Positions 40,623 to 55,259 are shown, counted from the stretch's first letter. The stretch: DNA of 64,000 nucleotides from Camelus dromedarius (GCF_036321535.1 NC_087436.1:101930001-101994000), one strand, 5' to 3'. The notes: generated from the letters alone by a model not told the origin. Numbers and translations: made by a program.

Positions 40623-41229
40623 TTACCTTAGTTTTCCGTTGCTTCCATAACAAATCACAAAGGCTCTGTGGATGAAAACAACACAAATTTATCATCTCAC
40701 AGTTCTGCAGGTCTGAAGCCCAGGCAGAGTACAGCTCAGTCTGGTGTCTGTCCCGTATCTCACCAGGCAGAACTCAGGGTGTAGGCAGGGCTGTATTATG
40801 TTCTGGAGGCTCTAGGGGAAAATCTGCTTTCAGACATGTTCGTGGTTGGCTGAATTTAGTTCCTGGCAGTTTTTGTGTGGTCTGCAACAAGACAGTCTTT
40901 GTTCACGTACAGCACCAATTCCTTCTAGTGTTTTCCACCCAGCAAAGGTGGCGGGAGTCCTCAGTCTTCAAATCCCTCTGACTTTCCCTGCAGCCACATT
41001 TTCTTCAGCACTCTAAGCAGTGAGAACCATTGCCTTTAAGAGCTAATGTGCATAGATTGGGTCTTGCTGGAAAATCCAGTATTATTTCTCTTTTTTAAAG
41101 TCTGTAACCTTAATTTTATCTGCAAAGCTCTTTCTGACATATTGTGTAATATATTCATGGTTTCCGTGGACGTCTTCCCAGGTGGAGGTAGGTGGGGAGA
41201 AGGGGGACGGAGGAAACATTCTTCCCACA
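40623..41229 (-). mobile_element. MaLR LTR, MLT1E-like
   Basis: CATAACAAATCACAAA...AAAACAACACAAATTTATCATCTCACAGTTCTG...TCTGGAGGCTCTAGGGGAAAATCTGCTT. Confidence 0.78.
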
Positions 41230-41861
41230 ATGCCATTTTTATGAATTTATCCGGCTTTATTATTTACTCTTATCTTTCAATAGCCAATGTTATAAGGCAA
41301 TGATATTTACCCTCAGATCCCAATTCTGTGGTTTCTTTCTACATTAGAAATGATTTGAAAATTATAGCAATAAGATAGCATGAAATAAAAATAATCATGT
41401 AATCACATATTTTAAAATATTTTATAGACATTCTACAATATTTCCAGATCAATATTTTGAGCTAAATGTATTTATTTAGTATTCATCCCTGACCTAATCT
41501 CCCACAGCCCCCGATGCCTCCCTCACATACACATGCATGAGATTTTATGCCAAGTGCTAATATTTTCAAAGAGGCATTTCCTCAGAGGCTACACATCAGC
41601 GTTGAACACTTCTTTCCAAACATACTACATTTAAAAGTTGAATTAACTGATTGCCTAGCTGGCGGCTTGCCTGAAGTTCTCGCAACTCAATTTAATGGCC
41701 AATTTTACTTAATCTTATGAAACGTGTCTAATGTCACTCAACCACATGATTTATATAAGTAATTATTTCTAAATATTTTAGGGAAAAAAATAATCCTTCC
41801 CAGAGTGTGGGCTCAATAAGTTTTCTCTCTCCATTTCCAACACTTGTGCAGTTACAGACGT

Positions 41862-42260
41862 TGTGGCACAGAGCAACTAGCTGCTCACCACCCCCACTTC
41901 TTTTGGGGTATTCAGCTAGATTAAATTGCCTGCTGGTTCTTGCACTTAACTTGAGCCATTTGTACCTGAGATCCAACAAAATGAAGTGGGCTCACATCCA
42001 AAACTTGATACTTCGCTCTTTCCTTTTCTGAGTCTTAATGCAAACCATCTTGATAAACATGGAAACCACATGGTGAGGGTGGAGGAACCACAGGTGGAAG
42101 TTCCCTGCTGTTTTCAGTCACTGCTTACAGGGGAGCCCCCCCCCCCCCACTGGTCATGCTGCACCTGTTTTACACTTTACGAGAGCAAGATACTGTTTTC
42201 ACTGACTGAAGAGTTTGTGGTTTATCTGTTGCAGCAAGTATCATTGCAATAATTAGCACA
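41862..42260 (+). mobile_element. MaLR LTR, MLT1J-like
   Basis: TGTGGCACAGA...CAGCTAGATTAAATTGCC...GGAAACCACATGGTGAGGGTGG...GTTTATCTGTTGCAGCA. Confidence 0.6.
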
Positions 42261-45200
42261 AATAATGTGATAGTAAAAGAAGCTCAATCTTGTCCAATTA
42301 ATGAACCAGCATCCCTGAGTAGCAGACTGTATGCTAAAACATAGGGTCTACAGTATAGGGACTGCATTAGATCTGATGCCTGTTATGTTTAGCTTGAACC
42401 AAATCACCTATGTCAGTGGTAGCTCCTCCTTCTATGATTTGGTCAGTGTGAGTAAAACTCTATTTATTTATAGCAAGTGTAATCTTTCCACAAAGGGTCA
42501 TGCTTAGGTGCTTCATGCCAGTAGTTTTACTGACGTCCTGAAATTCTTCTCCTTCTCTTTCTCCAAAGATGTTTCTTGGAGGAAGTAAATACTCCCTCCA
42601 GTAACTCAAAAAACTGGCTGAAGTTCAAAAAAATTGGACAAAGCTGGTAAGATGTAAACCATTCCTTAGTGTACTGGCTATTCCAGGAGAGGATTCAAAA
42701 CCAGGGTGAAAAAAAATCGGAGCACTGCACACTGTTTTTCCTTCACACAGAAGAGCAATTTTGGTAATTAGTACTTTTAAATACAGGTAATAAACAAATA
42801 AGAAAAAAATGTTTTAATATCCCATGATTCAAATTTTTAAAAGGGATTCCTAATTTTAAATAAGACAAAAAGTTTACAAATAATTTTAATGCTCTATTAG
42901 TCACAGTTCAGGGAAAGATGCATCATGTAATTTAAAATGGTGCAAATGAGGGCAACTGTGGAAAAACTGGCAGAAGTGAGAGAAGAAATAAGATGTAAGG
43001 AGAAGCAGAGTGATGGGTGTAGTTATGAGCTGCAACTTTGAAGAAAAAAGTGAACATGATTGACAAACAGAGTGAAAGCAAATTTGGACAATGAAGCTGT
43101 GGAATTGATAACTGAGTTAGAAAATGACCAAAATGTAGAGAAACAAGCTGATTGGACTTGGAATACACTCAAGGCAACTGTTTCTCATCATAGCTGAATT
43201 TCATTTGGACCGCAGACCTCAAAGCAGTTTATCACAAATTACCATTGGAAAAGAACCAAGACCAGACTAATTCTTATCCATTATTCTTCAGCTACTATTT
43301 TTAATTAAAAAAAAATTCTACAAAGCCTCTACACTGAGCAGGGCAGTCTAAGCTGCCCATTAGGGTAGAAAATTGAATTCTGCTCACAGTCAAAGACGTA
43401 ATTCTTGAGCTTCACCGTGTACCCATGGAAGCATTATACTTGCTTTAGTGACATTGCTTAGTTTAAAATCCATCAGGTATTATATGACATGGAGGTGTCA
43501 GGGAACATTGGAAAATCCCTCCTACACATTTCCCTTAAAACAACCAAGAAAATAAAGAAGCTCATATTTTATGGAATTATATTATAATTTTGTGTACTTT
43601 GTATAATATTGTGTAAAAAGTTATTAAATAACTATTTTCCGGAGCTGTTTCTGAGGGAGGGATTTTTTCCCCCCAGTGGCATTCCCAGAATGTTTTGAAT
43701 GCTCTTGACCCTGTGTATTTGATAATCTGTTTTTAGAAGAAACTCTAAACATAAAGTAGCGTAGAAAAAGTTTTAAATACCCCCCATTTTACTGCATTTC
43801 AAAAACAAATTTCCAAGTGAAGAGAGGATAGGTAAACACTGGAGCCTCAGAGGAGACCAGAGGGGAACTGAGTCCCTGCTCACCCTGAGAGCATCCTGCA
43901 AGTACACAATAGAAGGAGGAGGAGACTCCCATACAAAGCTCCATTCTTAAAGGCTCTTATCTGAGATAACAATAAGCAAAGCCTAAAGCTTAATAACTGC
44001 CCCGAAAGATGCAAAAATAAGTTGTGTCAAATAAGGGACAAAACCCAAAGCTTTCAGAGACATACCTGTATCTAATAAAATTTTTTTTCCCTTGCCTATT
44101 TCTTAGTGTAGTTCAATTAGATCACTTGGAAATTAATATCAGAGCCCTGAATAAAATCTTTAAATAATATCATTGATACAACTACATAGAATATGGTTTA
44201 TATAGTCCTGCTAAGAAGATGTGGGTTTAGGAATTCACCTCAATCTACTTTGAAATCTTTATAAAGGTCACAGTTAAAGAATATATATGTGACTGATACT
44301 CCATCTATGCCATTTTCTATTACATAAATACTCTGATTTATGCATGTATGTATTCCTTTGACAGTAATGCACAGAAGATCTTTAGACAGCTTTGCAAAGC
44401 TTTCTCCTTCACCCTCACACTTCACATATGCAAAATCACTGTCCACTTTTTATCATACTCACAAGTTAAATTCCCCAAGAATTTAAAATTTTATTTAGAA
44501 TTCAATGTTCAACATCAATTGTTGCTCTAGTGTTAACTGTTATGTTTGCTAAAAGGCAAGCAATTTAAAATCAAAGGAGGAGATTTAGGGCAATACATGA
44601 AATATCCAATTATATGCAAACATTTTCATTCTGAGGTGCCAAAAATGCATTTTGAAACTAATGCAAACATCTCAAAGAATTCCATTTTGTGCTCAACTAA
44701 AAGTATAGATTGGTATTTTAAAAAGGTACATAAACATTTAAAATAATTTACTATTAAATTAAGTTCATCATTATTTCAAAATAATAATTATAATCAAGTA
44801 ATTGAATATTCAAATAAAAATTCATGCAATGATATGGTATTCCATATATCTAGGTTGTTTTAATTTGCATTGTTGTCTATAAAGATACTGAATACTTCCT
44901 CGACTTGTAGATCAAGACAAAATGTGTTCACCTTACAGCCTATTTTATATAAAGCTTAAATTTCTACATAAATAAATCACATACATTTGATTTATATTCC
45001 TTCTTTCCATAATATATATTTTTGAAAGCTCTAGCTCTCAAGACCAGTTCAAAATTTAACTGATAATACTTCATCATCATTTACTGTGCCATCTCAACAT
45101 TTAATAGTTTTATTTTTCTTTCTTTTTTTATGGTAAATCTCAGGCAAAGAGTCACCTTTAAGGTTTTCTAGCTCACAAAGAAGCAGAATGAAAGTGCTTA

Positions 45201-45639
45201 AGAAATATTAAAGCAGAGATCATCGGTTTCTTTCCTTTAAAATAATCATCAGTGATTGAATTTCTAATAGCTAAAAGAGGTCAAGAGAACCAGAGGGAAA
45301 TTTAAAAATATTCAAAGCTAAGATAAAAGCTGTTGATTCCTTCCCCTTGAAAAATCACAGTTACATTTTTGTCACAATCTTTTATTACATTTAAGAGCAG
45401 AAATTAGCAGCATTTGCATTTGTTGAACAGTATACTATAAGTTTGACATTGATAAGAATTTTTATGTAAAATAAAAATATTCAGTTGGGTCTTTTTCTTT
45501 CTTGCTGTGCTTTCAGCTTCCCATTCTCCATTTGAATGAAGATTTGAGGTCTGTGACTATTTCCACGGGAACGTAGCTCCTTCACGTAAGCCTGCTTTCT
45601 GAAGAACATTGACCACCCAGGGTCTACAACATAGTTTCA

Positions 45640-46950
45640 ATTAAGTATTAAAGGTGCTCAGGACTTCTATTTTGGGGCCTCTCTTCTCATGCTATATTTT
45701 CTCCCTAGGAAATCTCATTCTCTCCCCAAGATTTCAAATACTTTCTACATATAGCTATCTCTCAAATGTATATTTCAACAATAGACCTTTCTTCCAGCTT
45801 CCAGCACTTAACACAAGACATGCATTTCAATGTCTGATAGAAATTTCAAATGTAGGATCAATATATTTAAATAATTATCAAAAAAACTTTCATCTATTGC
45901 TCTCCATTTCAGTAGTACTGTTCAGTTAATGATTGCTGTGTAACATGCCATTCTAGCCTGGTGTCTTAAAACACTTGTCAGTCAATGGATCAGCTGGACA
46001 GTCCTTTGCTCCCTCACCTTCCAAATCCAAATTTTCAATAAATGTTGGGGATTCAGATTTATCTTGCAGTCACAGTTTTTATCATCTTTGACGAAAGGAG
46101 CATTATTTTTCTAATAGAGTAAAGCAATTACCTTTCACATAACCTCCAAGGCCGTATTTGGCCACCTCATTATTCTTTACTGCCACGGATAGTTCTAAAG
46201 GTGTAATACTGTTTAGACATTACTCTATTTAATCTCTGTAGTCATTTGAGTGCTTTTTCCGATACACTGTAAAATGCTTGATTTTTGACAGTTTTGATTC
46301 CCCAAGATGATTTGGAATATTTCTTGCCACACTTCTACTTTGTTGAGTCCACTAATTATAGAACTGCATGTTCTGTTTTCTCTGCCAGTGATATTTTATA
46401 CTACTGCCATTTAATCTTTATACCCCAATCTTATACAAACTAGCACTTTTAGTTTTATCTTAAATATAATTTTCTTAAGGAAGATTTCTTTTTATATATT
46501 ATTTTTCCTACTCATACCAGCTACAGATAAATTAAATTCTCTTAAGACTGCTACCATACTCCCCAAATGTCCAATCTTTCTATTTTAATGTGTTAATTAC
46601 AACTGCAACTTTGAATTTCATTCCTGTATTGTCTTTTACTCCATTGATATTTAATACATCTTACTGTAATGATGGAAATATTCCATAATCTGGGCTGTTC
46701 AAAACAGCAGGTACTGGGCACAAGTGATTGGTAAACCTTTGATATAGTCATATAGTATGACCAATAACCTGCATTACTAATTTTACTTATTTTAATTAAT
46801 TTAATTTATAATAACCATATAAGCTAGTGGCTAATGTAAAACACAGTTCTAGATGATTAGCTTTTGTGGGTGGAATTCAAATATATTTTTAATAGCTGTG
46901 TTGCTAGTCTATCTATCATAGTACCTGGTTAGTGTTTATTGAATGCTCAA
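45640..46950 (+). mobile_element. L2 LINE, fragmented and interrupted
   Basis: CTCAGGACTTCTATTTTGGGGCCTCTCTTCTC...TCTCCCTAGGAAATCTCAT is an L2 RT-end motif. L2 tail CATAGTACCTGG...TGCTCAAAAAATG lies near 46920-46955. Confidence 0.62.
46645..46850. mobile_element. hAT-Charlie MITE, MER3-like
   Basis: TGTAATGATGGAAATATTCCATAATCTGGGCTGTTCAA...TTTTAATTAATTTAA...GCTAGTGGCTA. Confidence 0.7.
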
Positions 46951-48904
46951 AAAATGTGTAGGCCTTCTATATTTCTTCAAAATATCTGAACGGACATGTA
47001 GGTACAGTCCATCATCAAAAAGAATACAGTCTTTCCTACATCTTACCAAGAATACACTTAGAATTTCCTCTAATGGCCTTTCTTAACACGTGGAGCCAGT
47101 ATCATTTGGACTGTCAACTATGTCTACTTTCCTTTTCTTTTTTGTTTATTTTATACTCTTCAGCCGTCTTGCTCCCCACCCCCACCCCTTCCCACCTTGA
47201 CTCCTAGGTCTGTACTGTTCATGATATAGGTTGTCAAGACTGGAAAGATATTTCTTTTGCCTCCATCTTAAAGAATTTTTTTGAGCCTTTGCAGATAATA
47301 CATCTTTGTGTTTTCTCTGGGACTGCAAGTTTAGGGTTTTTTTCTAAGAAAATCAAAGCATATTATCTGCTCTATTGATAGAATTTACAGCATACTCTTG
47401 GAATATTTTTATGCTAAAAATGTTAGCACACAGTAGGTCAGTAATAGAAGAAGGTAAGGAAATGTGGTGGATGTTACGTGGAAAACAGAGGCAAAAAATA
47501 AATGTTCACGCCGATCTCTTCATACTGAAAGTGATCGCATCATGGAACATTAGAATTTAAAGTGGTATAAAGATTTTACTTCAGCATTAAAAATGTTTTC
47601 AGTTAAATGTATACATATAGTGCCTACACTAAACATATAGTATCTATAAACAGAGCTAATCTGACATACATCAGAGGGTTATCTGGTAAACTGATCATCC
47701 CCCGCCCACCACCATCACCACCTAAATAAAACAACATTCAGCTTCAAAACTAAGGGCTTGTGTGAAGCACAGTTTGAAAACACTAACCTAGAATACCTTA
47801 CTCATTTGACAAGTTAAGAAATAGAATCAAGAGGTCAAATGATTTGCGCAAATCAGTATGTTAGTGCCAGATCTAAGTTTAGTCAGCATGTAGTTCTTCT
47901 GACTCCTAATGACCTCTTTTGTTCAACTTGGTTTATTTCCTCCATGGCTTGTACTTTCCCTATCAAAGTAGTTTGCCTGTTCCCATTTGATATACATTAT
48001 GCAGGAAGATAAAGGGGAGATAATCTGCTATATTGCTGCTATATTGGAAACCTTCAAAAAATAAAAAGGAAGCCTTATTTTTGTAGGTTGGCATTCCACT
48101 CCAGTCACTCTGCTTCTTGATGTTTTTCTTTAATTATTTTTTTAAAGGTTGTATTTTATATATTTGTTAGGTAACTGATTTTTTCATATCTCTCCTCCTC
48201 AACCCCAGGCGTGTACTTCATGAATGTAATCCTCTTTTATTTTGATGACTATGAATTCCTGTCATCTTAATAGAGTTTTTGGTTCATAGTTATTAACCAA
48301 TAAATAAGAGTTAGTGAGACTGAGTTGAAAAATGTCCTCAGAGGTAAGGAAGTGAGAAAGTAAAATTTAAGAGTTGCTTTATAAATAAAAACAGGAGAAG
48401 GGTGGATGAGATAATCTTCAACTTAAAAGAAGAGGAATAGTAATACACATTACATTTTCAAGAATATCACAAAATTAACAAGAATGATAGATTTTGTTCA
48501 CTTGTCCAAAATAAGTAATAAATTAATAAGCTGAAAGGATGCTCATTTTTTTAACTAATGGAGAAAACATTGTCAGCAGTGAAAAGTAGAAAATTATATT
48601 TTATCTGGAGGAAATGGAGATTTTTCTATTGAATGGTAAGGGAGAGACCAATTCTAAACTGTGAACCATGTAGTGAAGACTAAATGATAGACACATTTTT
48701 GCTCATTCTGTCTCTTGAAGCCTTGATGTGACAGTAAAGTACAGAATGATAGGAAAAAAATCAAGATTTCAAATGTTGTTTGAATGAACTGGATGTGAGG
48801 TATAGAGAACAAAGTAAATTGTTAGTTTAGTACTTGTATCCTCTTTTTAAAAATAATATGGTTGAATAATCATAGTACTACATCTTTTATAACCAGCAGG
48901 GAGG

Positions 48905-49221
48905 TTTCCTAGTCAGCTGGGACATGAAGACCATAAAGTGTATGGATTAAATAATAAACATTTACCTCTCACAGTTCTGGAGGCTGGGAAGTCTAAGATC
49001 AAGGTGCCAGCAGATGTGGTGACTGGTGGAAGCCCACTTCCTGGTTTGCAGACAACCAACTTCTTGCTGGGATCTTACATGGCAGATGCAGAGACAGCTC
49101 TGGGCTCTTCATCTTCTTATAAAGAACACCAATCCCAATCAACAAGTTCCTTCTGTACAGCACAGGGAACTATATTGAACATCTTGTAGTAACCTATAAT
49201 GAAAAAAGAATATGGAAATGA

Positions 49222-49253
<32 letters not shown>

Positions 49254-49541
49254 TATACACACACATATAACTGAATCACTATGCTGTACATCAGACATTG
49301 ACACAACATTGTAAACTGACTATATTCAATAAAAATATACCTCAATAATAAATGAGTAATTAAATTAAAAACCTACATAGACATGCAAAAAAACCCCACT
49401 AATCCCATCTAGGGGCCTTCACCCTCATGAACTCATATAAACCTAATTACTTCCTAAAGGCCACAGCTCCAAATGCCCTATATTGGAGATTAGAGTACAA
49501 CACATGGATTTTTGGGGAACACAAACATTCATTCCGAAGCA
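48905..49541 (-). mobile_element. MaLR solo LTR, MLT1A-like, split by an L1 insertion
   Basis: CTCACAGTTCTGGAGGCTGGGAAGTCTAAGATCAAGGTGCCAGCAGAT, resuming at 49408 to AAACATTCATTCCGAAGCA. Flanks GGAGG and GGAAG form a degenerate TSD. Confidence 0.85.
49138..49396 (+). mobile_element. 5'-truncated LINE-1 3'UTR nested in MLT1A, containing (TG)12
   Basis: AACAAGTTCCTTCTGTACAGCACAGGGAACTAT...TGTAAACTGACTATATTCAATAAAAATATAC. TSD CAC(C/T)AATCCCA at 49127-49137 and 49397-49407. Confidence 0.88.
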
Positions 49542-52500
49542 GGAAGAAAGTCTTATTTCCATTCTTTGTCTGTTGATCACATGTCCTCATGAATCCCTTT
49601 CTAGTGTACACGAAGCCTCATTTTGTACTAGCTGAAGGCTGGTGAAAGACATTAGGAAATCTGGTAATGGTTTTCTCCTCCTCTCATTTTAATTTAGATT
49701 TTTTCACCTTGTTTCAGAACAAAATTGTCTCAGATGAAATACTCTGATTACTTTGTAGAAATCATTTTCCCAGAAATTTGGAAAAGTAAAACTGGATCAA
49801 AATTTGCAATGCTTAAAGACCTTTGTTGATACACTTGAGAGCTCTAATGTACATTCTGGGAAATATGGAGACTTCTGGGAAGCATATATGAATTAAAGGG
49901 AATAAAATTTCCATTTGTAGACAGAACTGTCATGTAGTGATATCAGAGGGAGGAGTTCTCATCCACTCTCTTAACAATTCTGTTTATTTGTGTAATTAAA
50001 TAGAAATATGTTTATTGATTTCCCTCCAAGCTAAGTTTGAATTTTAGATATTCAGTATTCACAATCAATAGAGGAGAAAATTGATTACTTTCAAATAGAC
50101 AACATTGTATTTTTCAAATATGTTACTGTGAGCATTTATGGCTCACAATTTCTAGTTCACATCATATTTATCGAGTTCATCAAGATTTTGAAGGATGTAA
50201 TGCTCTTATCATTTTAGCAATATATTCTCATTACCCAGTCTTAATCTGGGTATAAAGTCAGGCAAAGGAAGTATATTATTAAATAGCTCATATTCTCACT
50301 GTTATCTCTTATTACCAAGTTATAAACATCATTTTCTAACAAGGGGGAATTAATCAACATAGTGAATGCAAACACATCTCAGCACACAGTCTTACCATTT
50401 CTGAAATGACTAGATAAAAAAATTATAAATAACGATTCTTTACTGATGATGTGGCAGTTAGAATTAGGAATTTAATTCCTTTCAATCTAATCCTGTCTAA
50501 CATCTACAGTGCTCACAGCCATCAATTTGCTTTGTTTCTTGCTCCTCCTTTTGTACCTTGTGAAATGGCCAAGTCTTAAAAAAACAACTGGGTCCTGAAA
50601 GGATACATGTCCATTAGAGCATGACCAGAGCCAGTAAGGGGAGTAGAGTGAGCTGGTGAGGAATGCAGCTCCTGGAATTCATGAAGCAAGATGATTAGCC
50701 ATAGATGGGAGTGCAGATAAACAATGTCAGAAAGGCTGAAAAGGCATCAAGACATGGCTTAGTGCAATGATAAAGGGACAGATATGGGAAAAAAAAGTCT
50801 GGGATATGACAGTATAGGTATATCCAGGAAGATTGAAATAGTCATTAGGAACATCTATCATAAGTTAATTCATTTTGTGGGACTGGCATTAAGGGAAGTC
50901 ATGAGAGCACAATTATTAGAGGAAATAAAGACCCACGATTCCATTCAGGGACTCAGGTTCCACTCACCTAAAGCAGTGTTTATTTGGGAGCAACACTATC
51001 CACAAAAGGACTTCTTTGACTTGCAGAGACAATTAAACATAATTAGACTCTTTGTTATTAAATCTTTTAATCACTTCTGGTTCCCACTTACAGTAAACCA
51101 TCAACTTTCTCATTTCATGCTGAGAGCTATTCCTGAACAAATTTCACCAATTATAATAGGTGCATCCCACTCATGCATGACTCTGGCAGTAGTAGTGTGT
51201 GAAAGTCACTCTACAGTAGGGTTGTTTCCTCCCAGTTCATCATCCCCTGAAAAGCCAAAGTTATCAAAGCATGCATTTCATTTAATCATTTATTGTTAAA
51301 AATATAGTCATTGTACAGTATATATGATTTTTCCCACAATTTCTTGCCACAGAAACAAACTGCTAATAATCACTATTATAGAACAATGGAACTGAGTTAT
51401 ACAGTTAACATTTTTCACTGTGATCTACTGTCTATATTGAAAATCTTTATTGAACAAATCAGTTTTATATCATGAATTTCAATTATAGAATGGTTTTGCA
51501 ATTTAAGTTTCTTTTATAAAGACACTGTAACACTTGAACTCGGAAAGTATATATGATAAATATATGAATATATATTTAATAAATAAATATATGGTGGTAA
51601 GGCTACCTATATATAACACCCCCACCATGAAGAATGATTTTTCTGTTAACCAAATAAAAGTGAGAACAAGGGTTTTCTGCTTTCTTCACAAAGTGTTAGG
51701 AGGGAACCAGCATGGGAGAGTATGTGTTTGTAGGTCGTAGCTAAATATTTGCTTATTAAACATACCTACTATGCGTACCACAAAGGTCATTAAGATTAGA
51801 AATGCATTTGATAAATCTATGCTATAATAATTTTATGATACTATTTTTTTATCACACAGAATGAGGAAACATTTTAATTCAGCTATATATCCATGGTTGA
51901 TACACAGGAATTTTATTGCATTTGGTTGGATAATAATTGTTATTAGTCCTTCATAACTAAAATAAAATATCATCCCTTCTCTTATTAAAGTAAAAAATGT
52001 AAGGTGCCTTTGTTGTTTTTACAAAAGTGTCAGTTTTCAAAATTTAATACATTCTTCAAAGACCTTCTTAGCCTTCATGCCTTCTGTGTATGCTAGCATA
52101 AGATTTTGCTTCTCAAACAAGTTAGTAAAGAAAGGAATATTAATGTATTAGAATGAAAAAGACAACTAATTCAACAAAAATTATTTGTTAGTATAATTTG
52201 TACATATAGCACCATAAAATTTTGTCTCTGGAACTTATGGAATATAAACTAGTGATTTAGATATTGGAATATGCAAATAAGAATATGAAACTTCTAATTT
52301 TGTAAAAGTAAATATAATAATCATGAAGTATCCACCTAATTTGAAGAAAGTAATTAAAATACAAGTGTTCAATAAGAAAATGAACTTTTTTTAAAAGCAA
52401 AGAATTAATGTTATGGAAACTATTCCTCAAAAATCAATTGACCTAGAATTTAAGTGTCTGGTAATAACAATATTTTAAATTAGTAGAATTAGCCATAAAA

Positions 52501-52959
52501 ATGTAAGTGTGTTTAATGTCTGAAGTTTCACTTTTGTGTTAATATATAAGACCTAAAAATCTTGAAATTATTTAAACATTACAGATAACTAATAAATCTG
52601 CCATCAGACCACAAAGAATAAAAGGTCATCCTATAAAACTAAGTATAAATATGAATAAAATTATATATTGATTGATATACTTGATAATCCTTGACCACTA
52701 ATAACTTTTAAAAAGTTCAGTTTTGACCACTTGTACATGACAACTGTTTTATTTTATGGTATTCCTCTTTTTCAGATTTGACTCAAAAAGAAGAGAAATG
52801 GTACCCCTGTGATTAGTTTTAAAATATTTAATTATTTTTCATCTAGTTAAAATAGCAATTCATGTCCATGTGTTTTAAGTATTCTTCTCCATTTTCACCA
52901 ATGAGTATAAGAAAGATGAACTAAGGAGAGAATGTACTAGCTTTCAAGCAGATATCAAA

Positions 52960-53520
52960 ATCAGAGATAGCAAGTGAGCAAGCAAGGGAGAGAGATTGAT
53001 TCTAGACTGACCTCAGTGTTGCCACATTAAGTAGAGACAGAGGAACATGGGAGCACAAAAGGGAGGAAATGATGTAGGCTTCAAAGTGATATTGTTATGC
53101 CTTTTCATGTGACAGATGGATCTGCCTGAAAACAAATAGAGCTATGTTTATGGTACTGCTGAAAGAATTGTGTAGACGAAGAAATCATGGGTCTATTTTA
53201 AAAGAGCTTGTGATGGTGAAACAGCTGCCAAGCTCCCCAGCATGTACTAACAGAAAAGAAAAGCTGTATAAATCACTCAGCTCCCAAGGAGGATGTAACT
53301 CAATGACAACAACTTTAGATGTGGTCGTGGAGGACATGGAACAAAGAAGAAACGCCCATAGGGTGAGCGTCTCAGGGACCAACAGACATGAAATTCCTCC
53401 TGGACAGCAGAATCGGAGTCTAAGGAAGGAATGTCTCCAACTGCCAGGACAAATGTATTACCATCATCATGGACCAGAAACTGCTTTATATCTCCAATTC
53501 TTCTCTTTACCAAATTCCAA
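52960..53520 (+). mobile_element. MaLR internal (MLT1-int-like) remnant
   Basis: ATGGACCAGAAACTGCTTTATATCTCCAATTCTTCTCTTT resembles the 3' end of MLT1-int. Confidence 0.45.
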
Positions 53521-53719
53521 AATTTCCAAATGTCTTTTTGTGAAGATCTTGTTCTGCAACTCATTAAAAAGGACGTTGAAATTTAAAAAAAAATAATAAT
53601 AATCAAAACAGCAATTTTAGCTATAATGGTATTTTAAAATTATGCTATTGTAAATTTCATGTAAGACTTTGCTATTTATAGTAAGAATAGTAGTATTATT
53701 ACTGCTCCTACTATTAATA

Positions 53720-53930
53720 ATAACTGATGCTTTTGAAATTTAATCATATGCCAGACAGCATTCGTAATGAGAGGAGATTGGTTCCTCACAACAATTTATG
53801 AATATACTGTGGTGATTTCCACTTTACAAATGAGGTGAAGCGACACAAATCTGGAGAGTAGCTGACATGAACTGTACACAGGCATTACACTTCCAGAGCC
53901 TACATTTTTGATAGTGACACTGTACTGCTA
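53720..53930 (-). mobile_element. MIR SINE
   Basis: ATATGCCAGACAGCA...TCCTCACAACAA...TTCCACTTTACAAATGAGG...ACTTCCAGAGCC. Confidence 0.65.
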
Positions 53931-54749
53931 GAAATGGTCTCAAGAAGTTTGTGCAAGGGATATTATACAAATAATATTTTTATAATGTTATTATGTTAAC
54001 CAAATACATGTTTCATTTTAAAAATTATTGTATAGTTAGTATTTCTCCCTACAGTATGACACATGTCGAAGTGTGTGCACATTAATGTCTTTATGACTTC
54101 CATATGGATTGACTTAAATGCCTTCCTTAGTATCTATTACATCATATGATCTCAAATTATATCCTGATTTGTTTGTTCCAAGGTATATAGCAAACACAGG
54201 CAATCAAAACCACCAAAAGTATATTTCAACATATAATTTTATGTATAAAAGTTAATTATGTGTAATAAACTTATTATATATAACTTCATAGATGGAATTA
54301 TATATTATATATAATCATACATATTATATGTAATGGGAAACATAGAAAATCAAAACAATCAAAAGTGAATATATATAATTATATGAGCACAAAATATGTA
54401 AAATATACATAATTTCAATATGGTCTATATAAACTTGATTCTCAAACTAGTCATTAATTTTGAATTATTTTTAAAAGAAATTCATTCCCTTGAGATATTT
54501 AATATACCACATGAATATACCTAATTTCAATTTGGTTTTCTCTTGAAACTGTTCTACTCACAGGTAAACTCAGAAACCATGTAAACAGCTAACTAAAAAA
54601 TACTAAAAATTCTTGAGGCATAACAGAAGTGTGTTTAAGAATATCAACATTTGAATAAATATCAAATATAGACATGTGGTTCTCAATCAAGAAATGACAA
54701 AAATATACTGTTTTTCAATAATTTGAAGTCACTAACCAGAAAAATCAGT

Positions 54750-55259
54750 CAAATATGTGTGTCAGGGTTTGAGTACAGCTTGACTGATCTTCTGCTCAAA
54801 GTTTCACAGGTTGAAATCAAGGTGTCAGTAAGCTACATTCTCATCTGAAGCTTGAGATCTTCCTCCAAGCTCATTCACTTTGGCAAAATTCAGTTCCTTA
54901 TGTTTGTTGAACTTAAGTTCTTCCGTTCTTGCTGGCAGTGTGGAGCACCTTTCTCAGCTCCTAAAGGCCCCCCTCATACTCTAGCTGCATGGCCTACTCA
55001 CAAACAATGGCAGTTTGCTTATGTAAAGTCAAGTGGAGACTTTTTCATTAATCACCTAAGATAGAGTCTTATATAACATAAGGTAAACATGAGAGTAACT
55101 CTCTTCATCACTCTTTCCAAGTAACAGCCTAATAATACCTTAATACATGAAGTAGCTTTCCCATCATCATTACAGGTGCCATTCAAGGGTGTGGGATTAG
55201 GTGTGTCATGCTAACCATGGGCAAAATATGGGTACTGTCTAATAATTCTGTCTACCACG
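54750..55259 (-). mobile_element. MaLR LTR, MLT1E/F-like
   Basis: TTCACAGGTTGAAATCAAGGTGTCAG...TCTTCCTCCAAGCTCATTCA...GGCAAAATTCAGTTCCTT...AATTCTGTCTACCAC. Confidence 0.75.

Noticed and set aside
50784..51299. 171-aa ORF
   Set aside because: No recognisable protein family. It starts in purine-rich, L2-like decayed sequence and is probably a chance ORF.
53144..53596. 150-aa ATG ORF as a host or viral gene
   Set aside because: No recognisable domain, and it overlaps what looks like decayed MaLR internal sequence.
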